Assembly (NCBI RefSeq): GCF_009914755.1
Contig: NC_060928.1
Reading direction: 5' to 3' (one strand)
DNA length: 64,000 bases
Origin: the human T2T-CHM13v2.0 reference genome, Homo sapiens
The notes under the pieces: generated by a model
Database searches by the model: none
Told to the model about the DNA's origin: nothing
What the model saw: the letters and a program-made list of their open reading frames with translations, nothing else
In this document: in pieces, positions 26,645 through 46,700 of the stretch
Position numbering within the stretch: the first letter of the stretch is position 1
Layout: each line of letters starts with the position of its first letter
Position numbers and translations under genes: made by a program

Positions 26645-26908
26645 AAAGGGAGATTTTATTAATTTTATTTTTGCTTGTTTGTTTATGAAAATAGTGTTAT
26701 ATTGTTATCAGGCTAAAATAATAAATTAAAAGAATATTTGCAGGCCTCATGGTGACCTCAAATAAAAAAAATACAATGGATACACAAAAAATGAAAAGCA
26801 AGAAACTAAATTATATCACCAGAAAATATCATCTTCACTAGAGGAAGACAAGAATAAAAGAAAGAAGCAAGAGAATACCACAAAACAACCAGAAAACAAA
26901 TAACAAAA

Positions 26909-31030
<4,122 letters not shown>

Positions 31031-32374
31031 ATCCAATCATTTGCAACAACATGGATGGAACTGGTAATCATTGCATTAAGTGAAATAAACCAGGAACAGA
31101 AAGACAAACATTGCATGTTTTCACTTATTTGTGGGATTTAAAAAATCAAAACAATTGAATTCATGGACATAGAGAGTAGAGGGATGGTTACCTGAGGCTG
31201 GGAAGAGTAGAAGGATGGTTACCAAAGGCTGGGGGTTAGGAAGGAGGTGGAGATGTTTAATGGGTACAAAAAAATAGAAAGAATAAATAAGACACATTAT
31301 TTGATAGCACAATAGGATCACTATAGTCAATAATAACTTAATTGTATATTTTAAAATAACTTAAGGAATGTAATTGGATGTTTTTTTGCAACTGAAAGGA
31401 TAAATGCTTGAGGGGATAGACACCTCATTCTCCATGATGTGTGTATTTCACATTGCATGCCTGTATTGAAACATTTCACATGCTTCATAAATATATACAC
31501 CTACTATGTACCCACAAAGATTTTTTAAAAATACAAAATTTTTTTAAAATAATTCAAATCATCTCTCATTTGTATACAACACATATTCACATTTTCCTGA
31601 AATGTCACTGGTTTTCCTATTAAAGATATGAACATTCTAATTATTTTTAAAAAGCATATGTAAAAACAAATTTTACATTACAAAATGTGAACATTTATGA
31701 TTGCATGTATAATGCTTCATAGCCTTTAGCTCACATTCCACATTCTTGAATGTGAATTGGAGGTGGAAGTTTTAAATTATACATAGAGAATTGAGACATA
31801 ATTAACTTGGCCCCACTTTTCCTGACTTGTATTTGGTTTACCTTCCCAATAGAGTCATCTTCATATTTTTCCTTCTTGGAAATGGTGTCATGGGAAAGAA
31901 GAAAATCAAAATACCATTGCTCAGAGGGTATAAAAATGCTTTTTCATTTCTTTTTACCAGGATCATTAAACATGTCTTTTTCTCCATCTGTACTATTCCA
32001 AAGACAAATGTGATATGTCAACAACAAAACTAAAATATAGGTTGATCTTATTGCAACAGCTTTTATAATTTTCTACTTACTTCCATTAGTTATTTTATAT
32101 GATTATTTCTTGAACAATCATATTGGTTTACGATTCCCAGTCCAATTTTCAGGTTCAGCATTTATGAAGCCTATTAGCATTTGTCTAGCACTTCTTATAA
32201 ATTTAGCTGTAATAGAAATAGAAGTACAAACCATGAATTCTGTACTCCAGATTTTATAATATAGTTGGGAATATAACAACAATGCACATTAAACACTCAT
32301 CAACAAAGCAATGCAATGTGCACATAATTTTTATAATAAAAGGGTTCAGAGAAGAGTAACAATGTAGTTAGTGA

Positions 32375-32590
32375 TAATAAAATAACTACTAGCCTTTATT
32401 GTTTACTATTTGCCACATGCTTAATATGTTCTATCTCACCTAATACTTTCAACAACCATAAGTGGGTATGATTAGCAGCCTCATTTCATAATTTAAACAA
32501 CTGAGTGAGAAACGCTAAGTAGTTGCCCATGATTACACAGATATTAAGTGGTGCAGTTAGGACTGCAAGTCAGGCAGGGGGACTCCAGAG
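32375..32590 (-). mobile_element. MIR SINE (within L2-like relics at 32150-33240)
   Basis: TTTACTATTTGCCACATGC...CAACAACCATAAGTGGGTATGATT...CTAAGTAGTTGCCCATGATTACACAG. Confidence 0.7.
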
Positions 32591-33985
32591 TTAACATGGG
32601 AAGTTCCAATGCTGATTCTGTAGCTGCTTCATGACCAGATGACAGGACTAAGAAAATAGAAGAAAATAGGCTTTGTAATGCAGTAAAGGAAGGTAGGAAA
32701 AAGTATAGCAGAAGACAGGAGAAAGAAGGAAGAGTTTGGAAGTCTTGAAAATATAAAATATTTTTAAAATGGAATAATGGGACAAAACCCAGAAAACCAA
32801 ACAGAGGCCATTTTATTTCATGAAGCTTTAGGAGATTTTGTGGAAATAAATCATTTAACAAAATAAATACTAAACAGGAGTCATTTTGGAAGGTAGTTAA
32901 AAATGTACCCAAAAGGAAAGAACTCAGGATTAGGAAAGCCTTGTAGGAGATGCTTTCAGGAATATGTGGGATGCAATTTAGAGCTGAACTTGCATAATGA
33001 CTGTGGAAATAAGATGGGAGGGAAGCAAGAGCTCTTTGGAATAAAGTCAAGAATTTTTATAAACATCTGTTTATGACATAGCTTGGGCAACCACCTTCAC
33101 CTCAATTCAAAATGTAATGATCTGTTTCTCATCTCCCCCAACCCACACTGATTTTCCTTCCAAAACCCCTTACCTCAGTCAATGGAGTGATTAAGAAGTT
33201 TTTTCATTGGCTCGTATATACAATCAGGGAGACCATGTCTTCTTAAACTTATTTAAAATAATCTCTCCATGTCCATAACTTTTCCTCCTTGAGCCCTTCA
33301 ATGCCTTTGAAGAGCAATAATTGCAGTAATAATCCTGTATTATTTTCCTTTCCTTTCCAAATTTATAATCAACTTTTGAACTATTCCTAAATATATCCAC
33401 ATAAATATTACATTTACAATTTCATTTGTGTTCATTTATATCCAACAGTTCATCCATCTACCACTGGCATCCATAGAACTTCATCAAAAGTGTTCAATTC
33501 TTATACTTAAAACTGCAATAATGTGAATGGGGCCACAATTTGTCATATATGAGGCACTATGTTGAATCAGAAAGACAGATTTAGTTTAGTTAGTAAGCAT
33601 TAAGCTGTGTACAATAGGAGATACACAAATGATAGAAAAGTTGGCCTTCAAAGGTTTTAAGATCTAAAGCATTATATATAACGCAAATATATTATATATA
33701 TGTATATGTGTACCCATATATGTGTATATATACTTCCAAATGACCATAATAAATAGAAGTGCAAAAGCAGCAGACTGAAACAGTAGTAATACTTCAAGGT
33801 TGAGAAAAAATCAAACTCTTTAGGAAATAGAAATCTTTATGGCGAAAAGAGCATTTGGGTGGACTTTAAATCACAGGTAAGAGTTACACACTGAAATGAG
33901 GAAAGATATATAGTGGGATTTCAGGGTCATATTCAGGATGTTTGTACACTGTGTAGGAAATGCAAGGAGGAAAGATGTAAAAGAG

Positions 33986-34158
33986 TAATAGCTAGCATTT
34001 TATAAGATACATTCTATGTCCAAGACATCTTGTAAAGCACTCCACTTGAAATATCTCAAGGACTGGTTTACTATCTTAGTGAGGCAATTCCTATTATTAA
34101 TCATAATTTACAACTAAGGAAACTGGGATTAGACAAGTAAAAGCAAGTGCTAAATCAC
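33986..34158 (-). mobile_element. MIR SINE, cut by LTR16
   Basis: TAATAGCTAGCATTT...TTTACAACTAAGGAAACTGGGATTAGA. Confidence 0.65.
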
Positions 34159-34553
34159 TGAAGCGGGCTCTGCCAATGTCTCACTCACATAATCTCTGCT
34201 TACTTGGAGGAAGCCAAGATAATTCCCATACTCATGGAAATCTTTCCGTGTTTCTCTGCATTAGGCTGCTTTCTGGCTATAAAAGGTGCTTGGCTCACGC
34301 TGGAGCAATGCTCAATCCATCAGGGACAAGTGCTGGCACAATTCTGGGGCATATTCCTACACAGGTCTCCAGTGGGATTAAACTCCAGTTACCCACAAGT
34401 ATAACCCACCTATTATCACACCCATTATGACTTTCTTCCCTCCTGTGTTTCATTCTCCCACTCCCTTCCATTGCTTCCTGGATTTACCTTCCAAAGCAAC
34501 TTCCTCAGATACTGACTTCAGGCTCTGCTTTTAGCGTAGCTCCTCTTAAGTCA
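34159..34553 (+). mobile_element. LTR16-type ERVL LTR (5' LTR)
   Basis: GGTCTCCAGTGGGATTAAACTCCAGTTACCCAC and the 3' end CTTCCTGGATTTACCTTCC...CAGGCTCTGCTTTT...CTTAAGTCA, directly followed by internal sequence. Confidence 0.75.
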
Positions 34554-36575
34554 TTTGGCATATGGAATGTGCCCAGAGGTCATAGCCTGAGAATAGAATT
34601 CTGGAATTGGACTACTTATCAGTCATTTATCAATGAGTATTATCATGCCAGTGGTATGCAGGATTCAAATACTTCTGGTATCACAATAATGTTTAGATTG
34701 TCACCTATGGTGGATTGGACTGATACACAGAGACATGCAATGTTTTATGCAAGAGCATAAGCTCTTGAATATTATTGAGGAGAAGTAATTATAGTAATTG
34801 TGGAGTTGTTTGGCTTGTGTTAAGTCCTGTAGAAACGATTAACAGAGAAAGAGAAAGAGAAACTCAGGTCAGCTAACTTCTATTCAAGACACTCTGTGAA
34901 AACTAGAGAGTCTCCATGGCAGCATTTAAAGATGTTATTATCTCATAATCAGAGGGCAGACTGAGCTGAAACTCTGGGGTAAGACTGATGCGAACAGTGA
35001 AAGATATACAAAGAAAAATTAATTCACAGTCTCAGTAAGCTATTATGTTAAAATCAGAGACCATGTAGGGAAAGAGAGACCCTGAGAGCTGGGATGGTAC
35101 CATTTGAATGAATGTGCGTGAACAACTTGATTCCCCAGATTCCCCTGTCCTTTGCTAATGGAGAACAGCTTCCCATTTCCTTAAACAGGGCAGAACAATC
35201 ACATATGACATTTGTCCTCATTAATATCTGCCACTACCTCCCCTTATTTCTTCTAGAGTCAGAAGAAATAAGGGGAGGTAGTGGCAGATACTAATTTCTC
35301 CGCATGAGCAGATAAAAGAGGTGTTATCCTGTTTGGGTGAAGAAGTGACTTCTGAAAGAGTTGCAGAAGGCTGCGAATATATACCAGCAGTAACTAGAAA
35401 TGCATATGTGGAGATGAAATGTTAGAGTGCTGGGTCAGGTAAGGGACAGAAGTTAAGGTCAGAGAGGGAACAGTTTATTGACATGGTGGCATTTTGTCAT
35501 GAATCCGTACTTAACATCATGACAAAGATGCCTGAACTTAGTACCTTTAAGGAAATATTTATTTCACTTTGTAGACGACTTAGAGTTAATAAGAGAGCAA
35601 TGCTGAAATGCCTTGGCAAAATATTAAAGAAGAATACAGAAGGTTCACAAAGATAGTTCTATAATAGATTAATAATATAAGGCTAGATAGCCACCAGCTG
35701 TTTATGTTTCCCAAGAGAATACAGAAGCCAATCCCTTCCCTAAAATGTTGAGAAAGGGGGCAATGAAATCATTGAGAAGCTCAGTGGTAGCTGTCTACTG
35801 CAGTCCAACATAAATGGTAGGAGGTATTGTTGCTGATCTGGAGTTCCTATTCTGAATAGGGATGCTATGATTTTGAAAAATGAGAAGGCAAATGGTAGCA
35901 TTTAATCACCAGCAGCAAAGTTTTATGATTGCCATAATGAACAGCAAGGCAAAAATGGGAATTAGGAAACTGATCTTTCGCATCCCTGGCAATGGTCATG
36001 ATATTCACAAAGCTAGATGATGTTAATGCTTGGCTAACATAATAAAAAGTAATTGAGATCTGGAAAGCAGAAGAGTGAAATCAGCCACAGTTATAAAAAA
36101 CCATTATCCCTCATTCACTTTACTAAACTAAGCCAGTTCTCAGATCCAGAGGTTATATTGAAGTGGAGATCAGGGCCACTTGAGGGAGAACTCTGCAATT
36201 CTATAACAGGAGTATGAAATATATATTTTCCCTATCCTTTCACCAAAGCTCCCCTGACATTTACCTTAGTAACGGTACACTGGAGTAAAAGGTATATACA
36301 TATTTCAAGGTCTCTTAGACATATAATCTCAACTGACATTTAATGCCAAGGGTGCCAAAACACCATTATCTCCTCTTTGTTAGAGTAGGGATATTCAGTC
36401 AGATGATAAATGGAATCCTGAACCATATTTATCTTGCAGTGAATTCAGTGGGTCCACCAGACCCATAGCTCACATTGTGGTTAATTTCCATAGTTCCTCA
36501 GTGCATGATTGGTATTGACGTAATTGGTTGTAGATAGAACTCTCATATTGTTTCCATGATATGTTACAGTCATGA

Positions 36576-36896
<321 letters not shown>

Positions 36897-36924
36897 TAAA
36901 AGCCAAGTAAGAAAAACAGAAACT

Positions 36925-36982
36925 TCTCTCTCTCTCTCCCCCTCTCTGTCTCTCTCTCTCTTACAAACACACACACACACAC
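36925..36982. repeat. (CT)n(CA)n microsatellite
   Basis: Direct inspection. Confidence 0.85.
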
Positions 36983-37882
36983 TCCAGCTAGTAAACTAGA
37001 GGCACTGTATCTCACAGTGAAATGGCCAAGATTGGTGTCCCATTCAAAGACATAAGAGAAGTAGAGATGGTTCTCTATTTTATTTCCATTTAATTTTACC
37101 TCTATGAATCCTACAATATATACATGAATCACAGTGGATGATATCATACTATTATAGTGCTACCATTGTAAACTCAATCCAAGATATTGTGGTGAATATT
37201 TTTTATCAGATCTACGCAGACTCTGGCACTTCTTATATTGTTCTTGATACGGTAAATGCATTATTCCAAATCAATAAAGAGAATCAAAAGCAGTTCAATT
37301 TCCTGGGATGCAGAGTTTTGCACATTCACTGTGTTGCCCCAGAACTATGTTAATGTTTTTGCTTTTCCTCATGATATAGTTCTTGATATATTTTGAATTT
37401 TCCTTTCTAATACACCAGTGAACATCTATTTTATCCAATATTTTAAAAACATTGGCTATCTCTGTATTTGTAAATTTCCATTTCCTGTTTCCCAGAAAAG
37501 GATTTGTCTTTCTAAGTATATTAGGGCCTGATATCATTTTGGTATATTTACTTAGCTGGGACAGTATGTAAATATACCGGTTAACTAATTAAAAACCCCT
37601 AGAATATTAGCATCTCATTTTTCCTTAGAATTTAAAAGCCCTATGACTTACACAGTTCTGACTTTTCATGCTTATTTAGATAATTGTTTGTTTACCCAAA
37701 ACTTATATTATCTCTTTTCCCTGAGTTGACCCCTAAAGCCATTTTCTGTTTCATCTTTTCTAGCTCTCTGCTTCGTTATCTACATCAGCTGTCAAGAACT
37801 GTCTACTGGCCTGAATCACATGCTCTATTTCCCACTCCTTTATTTCTTAGAGTCCAAATCACCTCTACTCCACACTATCTAG

Positions 37883-38057
37883 ATCATTCTTAAAGTATGG
37901 TCTATGGACTCATAGCATAGGTATCATCTCGTAGTAGACATGCAGAATCTCAGGCCCTGTCCTAGACCTACTGAATCAGAATCTACATTTTAAACAAAAT
38001 TAATTTTTGTTTAAACAAACTAGTTGATATTTGTCTACTAATGTTTAAGAAGCACTT
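37883..38057. mobile_element. MER5A hAT-Charlie MITE
   Basis: ATGCAGAATCTCAGGCCCTGTCCTAGACCTACTGAATCAGAATCTACATTTTAAAC...TTTAAGAAGCACT. Confidence 0.85.
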
Positions 38058-38788
38058 ACCTAATCTATCAATTGAATAGTGGGTAATGTGCCAATAATCA
38101 GCAGACAGAGATGCTTCTGGGTATGGATGTGGTGGATACATAGAAAACTTTTAAGTGCATGAACCTGGGGCATGCTACCTGTGTTCACCAGCTTCCAATC
38201 TAGCAAATTTCTGTTCATTTGCTGCCAGAAGATTTCTGCCCCATGGCAATTAACAAAATGTTGAGCAATTCTCAGCTTCTTATTGCTCAGAAGCTATAAT
38301 CAGATGAAAGCACTGTCTCCTTGAGAGCCTGCTAATGGTTTTAAAGCTCCCTTGAATCATTAAGAATGTGGCCATTATTAGCCTAAATAACTAATAATCT
38401 TCTCAGAAGTCTTCACCAAGAGAATTATCCCAGAATTGAGTCCTTTAGATATTAGTTTTGGGTGGGTACTGCCTTTCTTACTTAATTAACCTTAAAGCAA
38501 AGAAGATAGTGCATACATTCTATTTATATAGAGAGCGTTCAAGTGTCATATTTTTAGTGAATTATTCTCTGCTTTTACTATGTAAAAGAGAATTCACCAT
38601 CTATCTTATCTTTTCAAATTTTCTTCATAAAAATAATACTTATGGGCATTATATTACTTTTTTTTTCATTTATTTTGTCGCCAATAACAGAGTTCATGCC
38701 ACATGAGGGCAATAAATTGGTTTAGTTCACCGTTATGCTCTATTTTCTAAAGAAATGTGTGACACATTATTTGCACTTAATATATTAC

Positions 38789-38842
38789 TTTTTCCCATTA
38801 CTTTTAATGGCATAAGCTGTGATTACTTTTGCACCAAACTAA
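38789..38842. mobile_element. MADE1 (Hsmar1-derived MITE), partial
   Basis: CCATTACTTTTAATGGC...ATTACTTTTGCACCAAACTAA followed by TA. One TIR is truncated. It sits next to an L2 3' end (about 38690-38785). Confidence 0.8.
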
Positions 38843-39895
38843 TATAAATGTTAGAATTAAGAAACAATATCATTCAGCTTCCAAAGTTTAGAAGGAAGGA
38901 ATCAGAAGCTTAACATTCTCCCTCGCATGAATAGTCCTCAGTCTGAACAGTAGTTTAGATAAAGATGATTCTTATCTCAAGAACTCTGTAAGGCTTTGTC
39001 TGGGCTTATAGGGATTATCTAGGGCAGTATCAGGTAGGTGTAATTGTTAGATGGTAAACCTATACTGTGGTACTATTCTTCAAAGCACTTGGTGTGTTTT
39101 CCCTCTTTTACATTCACTGAATTTCTCCACTTACGTTTTAACAGACTCCATTCTTCTATATCTGCAGGGGGCCATATATCATGCAAAAATTACAGTAAAA
39201 ATGTTTAACTATTAATTGTTACATTAATACTCTAGGTAAAATTTTAAAATGATGTATATATTAAAGTAGTTACTTTCTATCCTAGCCTCAAAAGAAAAAA
39301 AAAGAGGCTATTGAAGGCAGAGAAAGAAACAAATCTGGAAGACAAGAGCAATACAAGATCAGTATATAAATTGTTGACTGATGTTGACTGCGGTTCACTT
39401 GGCAGTCATAAGCAGGACAACTAGGTGCTGTCTTAGAGTCCATGTGGCTCCCAGGCAATGATGTAATTTAAAGAATGATGTTTCAGTAAGTTTTTCCAAA
39501 GCATAGCTGCATATTCATGAGTTTGTTTTCTGTTACTCTATCATTTTAAGTTCTGAACCTGTTCATGTCTGCCTTCCTTAAGTTTATGAATATTTGAGCC
39601 AGGTTTACAAACGGTAAACTATCTCTTTATATGTATTTTTTATTTTATGCTTTCAAAACTAATTAACCAGCACCTGCAAAATTGTACTTATATTTATTCT
39701 AGTCAAAAGATTCCCATAAGATAAGATTAATTATAACCAACATCTGTTTACAAGGTATCTTCTTGAGCACTCAAATGCAGACATATAAAATCAGTTGACC
39801 AGAACTTTTGTCAAACATATAGTGCTATTCATTCAGCCAAAAAAATGACTTTGACATGTTAAACAATATTATCAATAAATGAATTTAATTCATAA

Positions 39896-40442
<547 letters not shown>

Positions 40443-43309
40443 TAGTACAACAAGTTCTTTCTCGCTATCAGTTCGACTAGTTAATTCATCTAGTTAACCC
40501 TTTAATGCCCTTGAACATAACTGAAAACAAAGACTTTGCCTTTTGTTTAGGAAAGAATTTCAAAGTCTTGGGTTTCTATTCAAACCAATATAATACATGA
40601 ATTAGAATACAGGGTAGACAAAATTGTTGAGAAAAAAAATCACTCCCAAATCAAAATTCTCCATAAAGTTGGCTTTATTTTTTATGCAAAATTATAATCA
40701 TAATCTCTTTATTCTCTAATAATTCTTGAGCGGAAAAGATTATGTCTGTCTCTTTGGAGTTGAAACAAAACCACATTTCAAAATCAGAAGTATTTAGTAT
40801 GGTTTGATGAAATAAAGTTCAATGAGACTTCGGAAATTAACTTATTGAGACTGTTGGGCAATTAGAAGCTTCAGTGTTTTTTATATTCGTTTTCTTCTTT
40901 CACCTTAAGGTCATAGTAAATACTATAGCAATTTATAATCATTTTGACATTTCTTGGAGATACCAGATATTAAAGAAAAATCTATATAGCTATTTGAGTA
41001 GTTATTCCAATATTGGTTATAATAGCCAGAACAAATACCATTGTGTCAAGAACTTTACCATCTAATATGGTTTCAACTCATCTTAGGATCCGTAAAGAAT
41101 TTGAACACTTTCACTTCCATGGAATATTGGTAGTTTATTTCTTTCTTGGCAGATTTATCCAAAATATACTAAAATAAGTTCGGATGATCATAGAAAATTC
41201 TTTCTGTATGTTTAGAAATTTTATATAAGCACTAGATCAAGCACATTTTTCAACATCATGATATCAGTAAGTAAGATGGGTGATGAGAGGCAATTGCCTG
41301 AAAAGTTCTAGGGCTAAGCACCCTGCCTACATATCAAATACATTTCCACACAGTTAAGAAAAAAGGTATGTGTGGACTACATTAACTTTCAAACATGACT
41401 GAAAACGAGGCATGAGGAATCAAAAGGAAAAAAAGGGGATGGAACCATTCAGAGTTCTATAACCGTAAAGGGTAATGTTAACTAGATGGCATATTCACTG
41501 CTACACAATGGTGAAGGATACTTAAGATAAGATCCAGCAAACATCAATGCTTACTTTAATGAGGCACTGCAGCTTTTTACCACAAACGCTAAAAAATATA
41601 GTTATTTAAGTGTCTTCATTCAAGCTGATACTTTAAGATTCAAATAAAATTCAAATACAATCTCCATTGGTGTAGGTTTAGATTCTAAGATCTGCCCACA
41701 TAAAACATCTTGTATCATTTTTAAAACTTTTTTGATTAAAATTCATTAAAAGATACTGCAGGTATATTAATAGCCCATCATTTTACTGTTACTCATAGTA
41801 ATTGATTCACTTATAATTTATTTTTGTCTTTTTAAACTGCTTATCATAAAATGTAGACATCATTTTGTGTCTGCAATATTTAAAAAGATTTGAATGTTTT
41901 TTCTTTAAATATATTACTAAAATACTCTCTAGTATGAAAAGTATTCTTGCAAACCAAAATATAAACAAATAACTCAGCTGTACTTTTTATATTATGTAGA
42001 CTATGAACTATACTTAATGACGTGAAATGAGGAACATTATGTATTTAATTAAAACCATTTGCAAAAAAATGAGGCATTAGAATCTACTGTAGTGTCTATA
42101 ACTTATATCACATTTTCAGTAAACATTTAACAAATAATTTCTTATAAATTTTCTGAAATATCTTTAAAAAAACATTTACATAAACATAGAAAGCTCTGCA
42201 AATAATACCGTCTCTAGAGTTTAAAACATACACCAGCATATTAGTGTTGCCAAATCCAGAGAAAATTATGTTTTTTTGACCCTTGTTTGACAGGTTTTAA
42301 TTAAACATACAAACATGTTTTGTTTTTATTTATCCAGAAAAGACTAACTCACTTCTGATATTGGGTCTCAAGTCAAATGAATTCAAAAGTGTAATGTGCT
42401 ATTTTCACTGCCAGGAATCATATAATTCAAGCATGTAAAATAAAGCAGTGTTGTAGTCAATATCAAAATAAGTCTACTCAAAACTCCCCGAAAAGAGCCA
42501 TTTGCCAAAGCAGTTTCTGCTATAAACGATCCATCAATGCCAGGAAATAGAAAGGAAAACATGATTTTTCTCTTGAGAAGACTTCATCGGGAAAAGTCTG
42601 TTCAACGTTTTTGTGCATTGTCTTTTGAAAATGCATTCTACTTTTTGCCTTACTTTCCCAGCATTACAGATGCCCTGTTAATAACACTAATGATTTCATG
42701 CTGAAATTTTAAAAGTAGAAAGAATCTGAAAAACAATAATGTTGTATTTTTTCCTTCAGTGAGTTAATTTATGAACTACAGATGTCCTAAAATATTAGTT
42801 AAGATGAATAATATTGTTTTCATCACTTTCTCTCAGATAAGTCAGTAATTCCCTCTCAAACATTTCTGAGGATTGGTCTTCCAGGTAGTTTATGCCTGTA
42901 GTCATCTACAGTGTAAGCATCTCCACTCTTCAAAGTTGTTGGCCAATCTTCTTAAAACTGTTTCTTCCATTGTTTAATTCTTGTCATGATTAGAAAATCA
43001 ATTTTTCTAAAATATTTTAGTGTGTGTTCTAACATAGCACTGGAGCATTAGAAAGTCTGATTATACTGTTCAAGGCAACAACTCCTAAAAGTATTTGGAA
43101 CTTTTTTGGAATTTTTTTCAAAATTCTCTTCATAGATGTTCCCATTAAAGTGAAAAGGAGACTGTTTCTTCAGTTATTTTTTTATCTATAAAGGTTTCCA
43201 GCTCCTTTGCAACTCTGTCCACTCTCTTGTAATTAATCTAGTTTGCAGTTGTGATAATCAGAAATTAAAATATTTCTCTTGGCAGAGTCTGACAAGAAAA
43301 CAGTGTGGT

Positions 43310-43720
43310 TGCGATGGTTTGAATTTGTCCCCTCCAAAAATTCATATGTGAACTTTAAATGGCCAGTATGATGGTATTAATAGGTGAGGCCTATTGGGAA
43401 GTGTTAAGTCATGAGGAGTCTGACCTCATAAATGGGATTAAGTGCCTTTATAAAAGGGTTTGATGGAGGGAATTGGACCCTTTATTTCACTTCCACCCCT
43501 TCAGCCTTCGGCCTTGTTAGGATGCAGCATTCCTCTCCTCCAGAAGACACAGCCACGGGTGTCATCTTGCAGGAGAGACTGGCCTCTCATCAGACACCAA
43601 ATGTTCTGTCACCTTGATCTTGGACTCCCAGCCTCCAGAGCTGTGAGAAATATATTTCTATTGTTGATAAACTGCCCAGTCCATGGTATTCTGTTACAGC
43701 AGCACAAACGGGCTAAGACA
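43310..43720 (+). mobile_element. MSTD/MLT1A-type MaLR solo LTR
   Basis: TGCGATGGTTTGAATTTGTCCCCTCCAAAA...CTTGATCTTGGACTCCCAGCCTCCAGAGCTGTGAGAAAT...GCTAAGACA. TSD GTGGT/ATGGT. Confidence 0.9.
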
Positions 43721-46700
43721 ATGGTTGAAATATGTCTTTCTTTATTTGAAAGCATACTTCTTTCTTATAAAGTGTACTATAGTTCTATTCCACTGTGTTT
43801 GAAATTAAGAATAAGAATATATCATCGTTGATATTAAATATCATCTCAACATTCACAATGCCTAGTAATTTTAAGTGTAAATCTGTTGGTGGTCATTGGT
43901 GATCTCAGCCTTTTGTATCACACCATATTAGATAAGTATGTTACAATTGTTGAAGAACAGACAGATTGTCATGTTTGAATGTAGGCTTCCCTGAACAATA
44001 GCAGCTTATAACATGTGCATATGCTGACTAATTTCAAGGAAAGTCACATAAACAGAAATTAGTGAAGACAGTAGTAGGGGAAAATGAGATGTTTACTGCT
44101 GGTTTAAAAATGATAAAATATTTCAATAAAAGCATCAACAAGGACACTTTTACCTATATCATTTCCAAATTCACAACAACTACTCACATGATTTTTTTTT
44201 CCTAAACTATGAAACTAATTATAAGACAGTATCCAAGTAAGCAACATGGGCAGTTTAACAATTAAAGCTTATCTTAGTGGTAATTTTCAGAAAGATTTTT
44301 GTCTAAAGCTCTTCAACTTTATCTGAACTATGTATACTTTCCTTAAATATGTAAAACATTAAGCTTTTATTTGTATTTCTCATCAAAATATAGCAACTAA
44401 AAAAGAAACAAATAATACATTTAAAAACATTTTATATGGCTTTTAGTTTTTACTTCCTTACAAATTATAAATATGTCTACAACTAACCAATTAGAAAATG
44501 ATAGCAATGATAATTTCTAAGTGGTCAAATAAACTAATTTTACCATATTATTTATAAAATATATATTTTAATCTTTTTACTACAGTAAAATTTTATTATT
44601 TATGGTGTAAGAATGTTTTTAAGCTATTTTCAAAATATATCAAATAACTACTTTGATCTAAATTTTTCAGCTGTCCTTTTTTCTTCTTTATTAATATCAT
44701 TGGTACAGAATCTTCAAAAAATTAATGGTAACTCAGTAGCTTTATTTACATTGTAACTGCTTATACATTAAAGTAAAATCAAAAAGTTAGATAATTCATA
44801 TCTTAATCATTTAATACAACATTATAGATGAACTATTCAAAGTAATAATTGCCATCATTCTTCATTGCTAGTTTAAATTTGAATCTTACATTCTTTTAAG
44901 AAAGAAAATCTGTTTCTTTTTTCCCATCATAGGTAGAAATGGTCTAATTTCTACACTAACTTTCCTTGGATCTTCCATAAAAAGAATGACTGGTAGCTAT
45001 ATCTGTTAATCATTTAAAATTATTTTAAAAATTGTATTTTATACACCATTCTGTTTTAATGGTCCATAGCTACATGTGGGATGTATGAAAACCAGTCAAC
45101 AGCTAATAGTGCATGTGTATCTCAGAAAATCAAAGCGAGTTACTTCCCTAAGTTGGCCAACAGGGAGAATCTATAAGCATTTAAATAGTACATAATATTC
45201 CATCGAGTATGATAAGGTTGAGCAAATAAGTAAAGAATAGTTTCACTAAATTCCTTTTAGGCGTATTGCAGTGGTTGAGCCATGTTAATTTCTAAAATAT
45301 AACAGATAAGGGAAATAACAAGTCTTCATTCCAAAGAGTTCCAAAGAGTTAAAATGTACCATTTTTCTTGGTTAAATCTCCAGATGTGTAAATCAAGACA
45401 AAATTATAGTCCTATAAATAAAAATGAAACACCAAAATTATCATTATATGCACAAAAACACATGAATTATAATAAAATTTGTGCTATTTTAAAAAGCACT
45501 TTAAAGGCAATGTTGGACTGTGCCTGACACTAAAAAAAATCTATATTTTGAATCACAACCAACTTTATGCTATTAGAAATAAGTGTCCTCCAAACCAATG
45601 GAAACTGGCATTCTTGTCTGAACAGAAACCATCTGGAAAAAAAATTCTCATTTTATAATCATTTCAGTATATGCATGATGACATTTAAAAACATCTGGTT
45701 TTAATGATGTCCAGAGGACATTCCAGAATGGTGGAGTCTAGATGAGGAGATATGTAAAAAAGCACTTCTTAGTAATTGTAATAAGTAGAATGCATAAAAG
45801 GGATAAATTCAGGCTAAAGAAAATGGGAACTGTTATTTTAGGGGTTCTTTGGTAAATGAATCACAAAATAAATATAAATGCCTAAATTATATATTGCCTG
45901 ATGAGTAATTACTTGACTGATCTGAAATCAAAGTCACAGTTGATTTTTAGCCAAGATTCTTGACAGGCTGAAATAAATGGAACCAATTCAAACCATTCTG
46001 GCTCAGCATAATTGAGAATCAGTCTCCAGAACAATAGTCTGCTAATCTACTATCACATGGGAGAAAAAGTAAACTTGGTTTCGGCTCCAATGACCTTAGG
46101 ATTTTCAATTTTTTTAAGTCCTAATTTAGATAAGATCAATATCTCAAACTTTTACCAGTTTACATAAAACAGTTATTAGGTAATATAATAATTACCATGT
46201 AAGAATAATGAATTTAATTTATAATTAATTTATACTGGAACATAAGCCATAAGGGATTATATCAATTATATTCAGATTTGGTTATGAATGTCTACTAGTA
46301 TTTACATGTTTCAAAAATTGTTACACAGGCTTGAAAAATCATTTCAGAATGTAGAACTGGTGGAAAGATTTTACTACCAAGCATATAGAATTCTTAGCTT
46401 TCCACCTTCTAGAAAAGGAAAGGTATCTAAAGTTTGATTTTCATGGATAATTTGATGTAGTTGGTGTCCTCAAAGTTGCTTTTCTTTTTATTTGAGGGCC
46501 ACTACATAGCACTACCTATGAAGGGGGTCATGTCTTTTTATTACTTAGATATAAGACAATATTGTCTTCTCTTTTATATAAACTATATATTTATTTGAAT
46601 AAGTTGGCAAAAATTGGAAGATCCTTTCCTTAAAACATAACAAAACTTTAATTACATATACTTGTTGACTATATGAAGAGAGTACAGATTGAGCTGCCAC

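Noticed and set aside
32544-33050. 168-aa hydrophobic minus-strand ORF
   Set aside because: Non-ATG start, overlaps MIR/L2-like relics, and its composition reflects the T-rich strand; no domain recognised.
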